In this document: in pieces, positions 1-12,000 of the stretch
Layout of the letters: each line of letters opens with the position of its first letter
How positions within the stretch are numbered: position 1 is the stretch's first letter
From: Lingula anatina
Taxonomy: Eukaryota; Animalia; Brachiopoda
DNA: 64,000 bases
Assembly: GCA_051362555.1 (NCBI GenBank)
Contig: CM120640.1
Span: forward strand, 38,211,967 to 38,275,966
Reading direction: 5' to 3'
The notes under the pieces: generated by a model
The model's database searches: none
The model's input: the letters and a program-made list of their open reading frames with translations, nothing else
Told to the model about the DNA's origin: nothing
Position numbers and translations under genes: made by a program

Positions 1-3000
1 TTATGAATGACAGGTGTGGTAGATTGATTTTCGTCACTTTTTGGAAAAATCTGGGACGGGTTGATTTTTGGTGATTTTGAGTGATTTTGATCAGTGCCGG
101 CACTGTGAGATTTTTTCAATTTTGGCCAGGTAGGGATGAAAAATTTTTTTCTTCGTTATAGTGTCAGGTAGGTGTGTTCGGTCATTTGTAGTAAGAATAA
201 AGTGCTGGAAGAGTGGTGGTGTCATCATTAAGGAAGAAATAGAGCAAAAACTGTGTCTCCCCCCCCCTCTCAGATTCTGTTCTCAGAGCTCATTTTTGGA
301 TCATCTTTAAAGCTAGAATTGGGGGCCTTGATGAAGTGACCCGGGCGCGTTTCCACATTTTTTATGAATGACAGGTGTGGTAGATTGATTTTCGTCACTT
401 TTTGGAAAAATCTGAGACGGGTCGATTTTTGGTGATTTTGAGTGATTTTGATCAGTGCCGGCACTGTGAGATTTCTTCAATTTTGGCCAGGTAGGGATGA
501 AAAATTTTTTTCTTCGTTATAGTGTCAGGTAGGTGTGTTCGGTCATTTGTAGTAAGAATAAAGTGCTGGAAGAGTGGTGGTGTCATCATTAAGGAAGAAA
601 TAGAGCAAAAACTGTGTCTCCCCCCCCCCCCTCTCAGATTCTGTTCTCAGAGCTCATTTTTGGATCATCTTTAAAGCTAGAATTGGGGGCCTTGATGAAG
701 TGACCCGGGCGCGTTTCCACATTTTTTATGAATGACAGGTGTGGTAGATTGATTTTCATCACTTTTTGGAAAAATCTGAGACGGGTCGATTTTTGGTGAT
801 TTTGAGTGATTTTGATCAGTGCACTGTGAGATTTCTTCAATTTTGGCCAGGTAGGGATGAAAAATTTTTTTCTTCGTTATAGTGTCAGGTAGGTGTGTTC
901 GGTCATTTGTATTAAGAATAAAGTGCTGGAAGAGTGGTGATGTTATCATTAAGGAAGAAATAGAGCAAAAACTGTGTCTCCCCCCCCCCCCTCTCAGATT
1001 CTGTTCTCAGAGCTCATTTTTGGATCATCTTTAAAGCTAGAATAGGGGGCCTTGATGAAGTGACCCGGGCGCGTTTCCACATTTTTTATGAATGACAGGT
1101 GTGGTAGATTGATTTTCGTCACTTTTTGGAAAAATCTGAGACGGGTCAATTTTTGGTGATTTTGAGTGATTTTGATCAGTGCCGGCACTGTGAGATTTCT
1201 TCAATTTTGGCCAGGTGGGGATGAAAAATTTTTTTCTTCGTTATAGTGTCAGGTAGGTGTGTTCGGTCATTTGTAGTAAGAATAAAGTGCTGGAAGAGTG
1301 GTGGTGTCATCATTAAGGAAGAAATAGAGCAAAAACTGTGTCTCCCCCCCCCCCCTCTCAGATTCTGTTCTCAGAGCTCATTTTTGGATCATCTTTAAAG
1401 CTAGAATTGGGGGCCTTGATGAAGTGACCCGGGCGCGTTTCCACATTTTTTATGAATGACAGGTGTGGTAGATTGATTTTCGTCACTTTTTGGAAAAATC
1501 TGAGACGGGTCGATTTTTGGTGATTTTGAGTGATTTTGATCAGTGCTGGCACTGTGAGATTTCTTCAATTTTGGCCAGGTAGGGATGAAAAATTTTTTTC
1601 TTCGTTATAGTGTCAGGTAGGTGTGTTCGGTCATTTGTAGTAAGAATAAAGTGCTGGAAGAGTGGTGGTGTCATCATTAAGGAAGAAATAGAGCAAAAAC
1701 TGTGTCTCCCCCCCCCCCTCTCAGATTCTGTTCTCTGAGCTCATTTTTGGATCATCTTTAAAGCTAGAATTGGGGGCCTTGATGAAGTGACCCGGGCGCG
1801 TTTCCACATTTTTTATGAATGACAGGTGTGGTAGATTGATTTTCGTCACTTTTTGGAAAAATCTGAGACGGGTCGATTTTTGGTGATTTTGAGTGATTTT
1901 GATCAGTGCCGGCACTGTGAGATTTCTTCAATTTTGGCCAGGTAGGGATGAAAAATTTTTTTCTTCGTTATAGTGTCAGGTAGGTGTGTTCGGTCATTTG
2001 TAGTAAGAATAAAGTGCTGGAAGAGTGGTGGTGTCATCATTAAGGAAGAAATAGAGCAAAAACTGTGTCTCCCCCCCCCCCCTCTCAGATTCTGTTCTCA
2101 GAGCTCATTTTTGGATCATCTTTAAAGCTAGAATTGGGGTCCTTGATGAAGTGACCCGGGCGCGTTTCCACATTTTTTATGAATGACAGGTGTGGTAGAT
2201 TGATTTTCGTCACTTTTTGGAAAAATCTGAGACGGGTCGATTTTTGGTGATTTTGAGTGATTTTGATCAGTGCCGGCACTGTGAGATTTCTTCAATTTTG
2301 GCCAGGTAGGGATGAAAAATTTTTTTCTTCGTTATAGTGTCAGGTAGGTGTGTTCGGTCATTTGTAGTAAGAATAAAGTGCTGGAAGAGTGGTGGTGTCA
2401 TCATTAAGGAAGAAATAGAGCAAAAACTGTGTCTCCCCCCCCCCCTCTCAGATTCTGTTCTCAGAGCTCATTTTTGGATCATCTTTAAAGCTAGAATTGG
2501 GGTCCTTGATGAAGTGACCCGGGCGCGTTTCCACATTTTTTATGAATGACAGGTGTGGTAGATTGATTTTCGTCACTTTTTGGAAAAATCTGAGACGGGT
2601 CGATTTTTGGTGATTTTGAGTGATTTTGATCAGTGCCGGCACTGTGAGATTTCTTCAATTTTGGCCAGGTAGGGATGAAAAATTTTTTTCTTCGTTATAG
2701 TGTCAGGTAGGTGTGTTCGGTCATTTGTAGTAAGAATAAAGTGCTGGAAGAGTGGTGGTGTCATCATTAAGGAAGAAATAGAGCAAAAACTGTGTCTCCC
2801 CCCCCCTCTCAGATTCTATTATCAAAGCTCATTTTTGGATCATCTTTAAAGCTAGAATTGGGGGCCTTGATGAAGTGACCCGGGCGCGTTTCCACATTTT
2901 TTATGAATGACAGGTGTGGTAGATTGATTTTCGTCACTTTTTGGAAAAATCTGAGACGGGTCGATTTTTGGTGATTTTGAGTGATTTTGATCAGTGCCGG

Positions 3001-6000
3001 CACTGTGAGATTTCTTCAATTTTGGCCAGGTAGGGATGAAAAATTTTTTTCTTCGTTATAGTGTCAGGTAGGTGTGTTCGGTCATTTGTAGTAAGAATAA
3101 AGTGCTGGAAGAGTGGTGGTGTCATCATTAAGGAAGAAATAGAGCAAAAACTATGTCTCCCCCCCCCCTCTCAGATTCTGTTCTCAGAGCTCATTTTTGG
3201 ATCATCTTTAAAGCTAGAATTGGGGGCTTTGATGAAGTGACCCGGGCGCGTTTCCACATTTTTTATGAATGACAGGTGTGGTAGATTGATTTTCGTCACT
3301 TTTTGGAAAAATCTGAGACGGGTCGATTTTTGGTGATTTTGAGTGATTTTGATCAGTGCCGGCACTGTGAGATTTCTTCAATTTTGGCCAGGTAGGGATG
3401 AAAAATTTTTTTCTTCGTTATAGTGTCAGGTAGGTGTGTTCGGTCATTTGTAGTAAGAATAAAGTGCTGGAAGAGTGGTGGTGTCATCATTAAGGAAGAA
3501 ATAGAGCAAAAACTGTGACTCCCCCCCCCCCTCTCAGATTCTGTTCTCAGAGCTCATTTTTGGATCATCTTTAAAGCTAGAATTGGGGGCCTTGATGAAG
3601 TGACCCGGGCGCGTTTCCACATTTTTTATGAATGACAGGTGTGGTAGATTGATTTTCGTCACTTTTTGGAAAAATCTGAGACGGGTCGATTTTTGGTGAT
3701 TTTGAGTGATTTTGATCAGTGCCGGCACTGTGAGATTTCTTCAATTTTGGCCAGGTAGGGATGAAAAATTTTTTTCTTCGTTATAGTGTCAGGTAGGTGT
3801 GTTAGGTCATTTGTAGTAAGAATAAAGTGCTGGAAGAGTGGTGGTGTCATCATTAAGGAAGAAATAGAGCAAAAACTGTGTCTCCCCCCCCCCCCTCTCA
3901 GATTCTGTTCTCAGAGCTCATTTTTGGATCATCTTTAAAGCTAGAATTGGGGTCCTTGATGAAGTGACCCGGGCGCGTTTCCACATTTTTTATGAATGAC
4001 AAGTGTGGTAGATTGATTTTCGTCACTTTTTGGAAAAATCTGAGACGGGTCGATTTTTGGTGATTTTGAGTGATTTTGATCAGTGCCGGCACTGTGAGAT
4101 TTCTTCAATTTTGGCCAGGTAGGGATGAAAAATTTTTTTCTTCGTTATAGTGTCAGGTAGGTGTGTTCGGTCATTTGTAGTAAGAATAAAGTGCTGGAAG
4201 AGTGGTGGTGTCATCATTAAGGAAGAAATAGAGCAAAAACTGTGTCTCCCCCCCCCCCCCCCCCCTCTCAGATTCTGTTCTCAGAGCTCATTTTTGGATC
4301 ATCTTTAAAGCTAGAATTGGGGTCCTTGATGAAGTGACCCGGGCGCGTTTCCACATTTTTTATGAATGACAGGTGTGGTAGATTGATTTTCGTCACTTTT
4401 TGGAAAAATCTGAGACGGGTCGATTTTTGGTGATTTTGAGTGATTTTGATCAGTGCCGGCACTGTGAGATTTCTTCAATTTTGGCCAGGTAGGGATGAAA
4501 AATTTTTTTCTTCGTTATAGTGTCAGGTAGGTGTGTTCGGTCATTTGTAGTAAGAATAAAGTGCTGGAAGAGTGGTGGTGTCATCATTAAGGAAGAAATA
4601 GAGCAAAAACTGTGTCTCCCCCCCCCCCTCTCAGATTCTATTATCAAAGCTCATTTTTGGATCATCTTTAAAGCTAGAATTGGGGGCCTTGATGAAGTGA
4701 CCCGGGCGCGTTTCCACATTTTTTATGAATGACAGGTGTGGTAGATTGATTTTCGTCACTTTTTGGAAAAATCTGAGACGGGTCGATTTTTGGTGATTTT
4801 GAGTGATTTTGATCAGTGCCGGCACTGTGAGATTTCTTCAATTTTGGCCAGGTAGGGATGAAAAATTTTTTTCTTCGTTATAGTGTCAGGTAGGTGTGTT
4901 CGGTCATTTGTAGTAAGAATAAAGTGCTGGAAGAGTGGTGGTGTCATCATTAAGGAAGAAATAGAGCAAAAACTGTGTCTCCCCCCCCCCTCTCAGATTC
5001 TGTTCTCAGAGCTCATTTTTGGATCATCTTTAAAGCTAGAATTGGGGGCTTTGATGAAGTGACCCGGGCGCGTTTCCACATTTTTTATGAATGACAGGTG
5101 TGGTAGATTGATTTTCGTCACTTTTTGGAAAAATCTGCGACGGGTCGATTTTTGGTGATTTTGAGTGATTTTGATCAGTGCCGGCACTGTGAGATTTCTT
5201 CAATTTTGGCCAGGTAGGGATGAAAAATTTTTTTCTTCGTTATAGTGTCAGGTAGGTGTGTTCGGTCATTTGTAGTAAGAATAAAGTGCTGGAAGAGTGG
5301 TGGTGTCATCATTAAGGAAGAAATAGAGCAAAAACTGTGACTCCCCCCCCCCCCCCCCTCTCAGATTCTGTTCTCAGAGCTCATTTTTGGATCATCTTTA
5401 AAGCTAGAATTGGGGGCCTTGATGAAGTGACCCGGGCGCGTTTCCACATTTTTTATGAATGACAGGTGTGGTAGATTGATTTTCGTCACTTTTTGGAAAA
5501 ATCTGAGACGGGTCGATTTTTGGTGATTTTGAGTGATTTTGATCAGTGCCGGCACTGTGAGATTTCTTCAATTTTGGCCAGGTAGGGATGAAAAATTTTT
5601 TTCTTCGTTATAGTGTCAGGTAGGTGTGTTCGGTCATTTGTAGTAAGAATAAAGTGCTGGAAGAGTGGTGGTGTCATCATTAAGGAAGAAATAGAGCAAA
5701 AACTGTGACTCCCCCCCCCCCCCCTCTCAGATTCTGTTCTCAGAGCTCATTTTTGGATCATCTTTAAAGCTAGAATTGGGGGCCTTGATGAAGTGACCCG
5801 GGCGCGTTTCCACATTTTTTATGAATGACAGGTGTGGTAGATTGATTTTCGTCACTTTTTGGAAAAATCTGAGACGGGTCAATTTTTGGTGATTTTGAGT
5901 GATTTTGATCAGTGCCGGCACTGTGAGATTTCTTCAATTTTGGCCAGGTAGGGATGAAAAATTTTTTTCTTCGTTATAGTGTCAGGTAGGTGTGTTAGGT

Positions 6001-9000
6001 CATTTGTAGTAAGAATAAAGTGCTGGAAGAGTGGTGGTGTCATCATTAAGGAAGAAATAGAGCAAAAACTGTGTCTCCCCCCCCCCCCCTCTCAGATTCT
6101 GTTCTCAGAGCTCATTTTTGGATCATCTTTAAAGCTAGAATTGGGGTCCTTGATGAAGTGACCCGGGCGCGTTTCCACATTTTTTATGAATGACAGGTGT
6201 GGTAGATTGATTTTCGTCACTTTTTGGAAAAATCTGAGACGGGTCAATTTTTGGTGATTTTGAGTGATTTTGATCAGTGCCGGCACTGTGAGATTTCTTC
6301 AATTTTGGCCAGGTAGGGATGAAAAATTTTTTTCTTCGTTATAGTGTCAGGTAGGTGTGTTCGGTCATTTGTAGTAAGAATAAAGTGCTGGAAGAGTGGT
6401 GGTGTCATCATTAAGGAAGAAATAGAGCAAAAACTGTGTCTCCCCCCCCCCCCCTCTCAGATTCTGTTCTCAGAGCTCATTTTTGGATCATCTTTAAAGC
6501 TAGAATTGGGGGCCTTGATGAAGTGACCCGGGCGCGTTTCCACATTTTTTATGAATGACAGGTGTGGTAGATTGATTTTCGTCACTTTTTGGAAAAATCT
6601 GAGACGGGTCGATTTTTGGTGATTTTGAGTGATTTTGATCAGTGCCGGCACTGTGAGATTTCTTCAATTTTGGCCAGGTAGGGATGAAAAATTTTTTTCT
6701 TCGTTATAGTGTCAGGTAGGTGTGTTCGGTCATTTGTAGTAAGAATTAAGTGCTGGAAGAGTGGTGGTGTCATCATTAAGGAAGAAATAGAGCAAAAACT
6801 GTGTCTCCCCCCCCCCCCCCTCTCAGATTCTGTTCTCAGAGCTCATTTTTGGATCATCTTTAAAGCTAGAATTGGGGACCTTGATGAAGTGACCCGGGCG
6901 CGTTTCCACATTTTTTATGAATGACAGGTGTGGTAGATTGATTTTCGTCACTTTTTGGAAAAATCTGAGACGGGTCGATTTTTGGTGATTTTGAGTGATT
7001 TTGATCAGTGCCAGCACTGTGATATTTCTTCAATTTTGGCCAGGTAGGGATGAAAAATTTTTTTCTTCGTTATAGTGTCAGGTAGGTGTGTTCGGTCATT
7101 TGTAGTAAGAATAAAGTGCTGGAAGAGTGGTGGTGTCATCATTAAGGAAGAAATAGAGCAAAAACTGTGTCTCCCCCCCCCCTCTCAGATTCTGTTCTCA
7201 GAGCTCATTTTTGGATCATCTTTAAAGCTAGAATAGGGGGCCTTGATGAAGTGACCCGGGCGCGTTTCCACATTTTTTATGAATGACAGGTGTGGTAGAT
7301 TGATTTTCGTCACTTTTTGGAAAAATCTGAGACGGGTGAATTTTTGGTGATTTTGAGTGATTTTGATCAGTGCCGGCACTGTGAGATTTCTTCAATTTTG
7401 GACAGGTAGGGATGAAAAATTTTTTTCTTCGTTATAGTGTCAGGTAGGTGTGTTAGGTCATTTGTAGTAAGAATAAAGTGCTGGAAGAGTGGTGGTGTCA
7501 TCATTAAGGAAGAAATAGAGCAAAAACTGTGTCTCCCCCCCCCCCCTCTCAGATTCTGTTCTCAGAGCTCATTTTTGGATCATCTTTAAAGCTAGAATTG
7601 GGGTCCTTGATGAAGTGACCCGGGCGCGTTTCCACATTTTTTATGAATGACAGGTGTGGTAGATTGATTTTCGTCACTTTTTGGAAAAATCTGAGACGGG
7701 TCAATTTTTGGTGATTTTGAGTGATTTTGATCAGTGCCGGCACTGTGAGATTTCTTCAATTTTGGCCAGGTAGGGATGAAAAATTTTTTTCTTCGTTATA
7801 GTGTCAGGTAGGTGTGTTCGGTCATTTGTAGTAAGAATAAAGTGCTGGAAGAGTGGTGGTGTCATCATTAAGGAAGAAATAGAGCAAAAACTGTGTCTCC
7901 CCCCCCCCCTCTCAGATTCTGTTCTCAGAGCTCATTTTTGGATCATCTTTAAAGCTAGAATTGGGGGCCTTGATGAAGTGACCCGGGCGCGTTTCCACAT
8001 TTTTTATGAATGACAGGTGTGGTAGATTGATTTTCGTCACTTTTTGGAAAAATCTGAGACGGGTCGATTTTTGGTGATTTTGAGTGATTTTGATCAGTGC
8101 CGGCACTGTGAGATTTCTTCAATTTTGGCCAGGTAGGGATGAAAAATTTTTTTCTTCGTTATAGTGTCAGGTAGGTGTGTTCGGTCATTTGTAGTAAGAA
8201 TTAAGTGCTGGAAGAGTGGTGGTGTCATCATTAAGGAAGAAATAGAGCAAAAACTGTGTCTCCCCCCCCCCCCCTCTCAGATTCTGTTCTCAGAGCTCAT
8301 TTTTGGATCATCTTTAAAGCTAGAATTGGGGACCTTGATGAAGTGACCCGGGCGCGTTTCCACATTTTTTATGAATGACAGGTGTGGTAGATTGATTTTC
8401 GTCACTTTTTGGAAAAATCTGAGACGGGTCGATTTTTGGTGATTTTGAGTGATTTTGATCAGTGCCAGCACTGTGATATTTCTTCAATTTTGGCCAGGTA
8501 GGGATGAAAAATTTTTTTCTTCGTTATAGTGTCAGGTAGGTGTGTTCGGTCATTTGTAGTAAGAATAAAGTGCTGGAAGAGTGGTGGTGTCATCATTAAG
8601 GAAGAAATAGAGCAAAAACTGTGTCTCCCCCCCCCTCTCAGATTCTGTTCTCAGAGCTCATTTTTGGATCATCTTTAAAGCTAGAATAGGGGGCCTTGAT
8701 GAAGTGACCCGGGCGCGTTTCCACATTTTTTATGAATGACAGGTGTGGTAGATTGATTTTCGTCACTTTTTGGAAAAATCTGAGACGGGTGAATTTTTGG
8801 TGATTTTGAGTGATTTTGATCAGTGCCGGCACTGTGAGATTTCTTCAATTTTGGACAGGTAGGGATGAAAAATTTTTTTCTTCGTTATAGTGTCAGGTAG
8901 GTGTGTTCGGTCATTTGTAGTAAGAATAAAGTGCTGGAAGAGTGGTGGTGTCATCATTAAGGAAGAAATAGAGCAAAAACTGTGTCTCCCCCCCCCCCTC

Positions 9001-12000
9001 TCAGATTCTGTTCTCAGAGCTCATTTTTGGATCATCTTTAAAGCTAGAATTGGGGGCCTTGATGAAGTGACCCGGGCGCGTTTCCACATTTTTTATGAAT
9101 GACAGGTGTGGTAGATTGATTTTCGTCACTTTTTGGAAAAATCTGAGACGGGTCGATTTTTGGTGATTTTGAGTGATTTTGATCAGTGCTGGCACTGTGA
9201 GATTTCTTCAATTTTGGCCAGGTAGGGATGAAAAATTTTTTTCTTCGTTATAGTGTCAGGTAGGTGTGTTCGGTCATTTGTAGTAAGAATAAAGTGCTGG
9301 AAGAGTGGTGGTGTCATCATTAAGGAAGAAATAGAGCAAAAACTGTGTCTCCCCCCCCCCTCTCAGATTCTGTTCTCAGAGCTCATTTTTGGATCATCTT
9401 TAAAGCTAGAATAGGGGGCCTTGATGAAGTGACCCGGGCGCGTTTCCACATTTTTTATGAATGACAGGTGTGGTAGATTGATTTTCGTCACTTTTTGGAA
9501 AAATCTGAGACGGGTGAATTTTTGGTGATTTTGAGTGATTTTGATCAGTGCCGGCACTGTGAGATTTCTTCAATTTTGGACAGGTAGGGATGAAAAATTT
9601 TTTTCTTCGTTATAGTGTCAGGTAGGTGTGTTCGGTCATTTGTAGTAAGAATAAAGTGCTGGAAGAGTGGTGGTGTCATCATTAAGGAAGAAATAGAGCA
9701 AAAACTGTGTCTCCCCCCCCCCCTCTCAGATTCTGTTCTCAGAGCTCATTTTTGGATCATCTTTAAAGCTAGAATTGGGGGCCTTGATGAAGTGACCCGG
9801 GCGCGTTTCCACATTTTTTATGAATGACAGGTGTGGTAGATTGATTTTCGTCACTTTTTGGAAAAATCTGAGACGGGTCGATTTTTGGTGATTTTGAGTG
9901 ATTTTGATCAGTGCTGGCACTGTGAGATTTCTTCAATTTTGGCCAGGTAGGGATGAAAAATTTTTTTCTTCGTTATAGTGTCAGGTAGGTGTGTTCGGTC
10001 ATTTGTAGTAAGAATAAAGTGCTGGAAGAGTGGTGGTGTCATCATTAAGGAAGAAATAGAGCAAAAACTGTGACTCCCCCCCCCCCTCTCAGATTCTGTT
10101 CTCAGAGCTCATTTTTGGATCATCTTTAAAGCTAGAATTGGGGGCCTTGATGAAGTGACCCGGGCGCGTTTCCACATTTTTTATGAATGACAGGTGTGGT
10201 AGATTGATTTTCGTCACTTTTTGGAAAAATCTGAGACGGGTCGATTTTTGGTGATTTTGAGTGATTTTGATCAGTGCCGGCACTGTGAGATTTCTTCAAT
10301 TTTGGCCAGGTAGGGATGAAAAATTTTTTTCTTCGTTATAGTGTCAGGTAGGTGTGTTCGGTCATTTGTAGTAAGAATAAAGTGCTGGAAGAGTGGTGGT
10401 GTCATCATTTAGGAAGAAATAGAGCAAAAACTGTGTCTCCCCCCCCCCCTCTCAGATTCTGCTTTCAGAGCTCATTTTTGGATCATCTTTAAAGCTAGAA
10501 TTGGGGGCCTTGATGAAGTGACCCGGGCGCGTTTCCACATTTTTTATGAATGACAGGTGTGGTAGATTGATTTTCGTCACTTTTTGGAAAAATCTGAGAC
10601 GGGTCGATTTTTGGTGATTTTGAGTGATTTTGATCAGTGCCGGCACTGTGAGATTTCTTCAATTTTGGCCAGGTAGGGATGAAAAATTTTTTTCTTCGTT
10701 ATAGAGTCAGGTAGGTGTGTTCGGTCATTTGTAGTAAGAATAAAGTGCTGGAAGAGTGGTGGTGTCATCATTAAGGAAGAAATAGAGCAAAAACTGTGAC
10801 TCCCCCCCCCCTCCCCTCTCAGATTCTGTTCTCAGAGCTCATTTTTGGATCATCTTTAAAGCTTGAATTGGGGGCCTTGATGAAGTGACCCGGGCGCGTT
10901 TCCACATTTTTTATGAATGACAGGTGTGGTAGATTGATTTTCGTCACTTTTTGGAAAAATCTGAGACGGGTCGATTTTTGGTGATTTTGAGTGATTTTGA
11001 TCAGTGCCGGCACTGTGAGATTTCTTCAATTTTGGCCAGGTAGGGATGAAAAATTTTTTTCTTCGTTATAGTGTCAGGTAGGTGTGTTCGGTCATTTGTA
11101 GTAAGAATAAAGTGCTGGAAGAGTGGTGGTGTCATCATTAAGGAAGAAATAGAGCAAAAACTGTGTTTCCCCCCCCCCCCCTCTCAGATTCTGTTCTCAG
11201 AGCTCATTTTTGGATCATCTTTAAAGCTAGAAATGGGGGCCTTGATGAAGTGACCCGGGCGCGTTTCCACATTTTTTATGAATGACAGGTGTGGTAGATT
11301 GATTTTCGTCACTTTTTGGAAAAATCTGAGTCGGGTCAATTTTTGGTGATTTTGAGTGATTTTGATCAGTGCCGGCACTGTGAGATTTCTTCAATTTTGG
11401 CCAGGTAGGGATGAAAAATTTTTTTCTTCGTTATAGTGTCAGGTAGGTGTGTTCGGTCATTTGTAGTAAGAATAAAGTGCTGGAAGAGTGGTGGTGTCAT
11501 CATTAAGGAAGAAATAGAGCAAAAACTGTGTCTCCCCCCCCCCCCCTCTCAGATTCTGTTCTCAGAGCTCATTTTTGGATCATCTTTAAAGCTAGAATTG
11601 GGGGCCTTGATGAAGTGACCCGGGCGCGTTTCCACATTTTTTATGAATGACAGGTGTGGTAGATTGATTTTCGTGACTTTTTGGAAAAATCTGAGACGGG
11701 TCGATTTTTGGTGATTTTGAGTGATTTTGATCAGTGCCGGCACTGTGAGATTTCTTCAATTTTGGCCAGGTAGGGATGAAAAATTTTTTTCTTCGTTATA
11801 GTGTCAGGTAGGTGTGTTCGGTCATTTGTAGTAAGAATAAAGTGCTGGAAGAGTGGTGGTGTCATCATTAAGGAAGAAATAGAGCAAAAACTGTGTCTCC
11901 CCCCTCCCCTCTCAGATTCTGTTCTCAGAGCTCATTTTTGGATCATCTTTAAAGCTAGAATTGGGGGCCTTGATGAAGTGACCCGGGCGCATTTCCACAT

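Noticed and set aside
151-167. CENP-B box-like CTTCGTTATAGTGTCAG in the monomer
   Set aside because: It matches only the TTCG....A half. The essential CGGG is absent.
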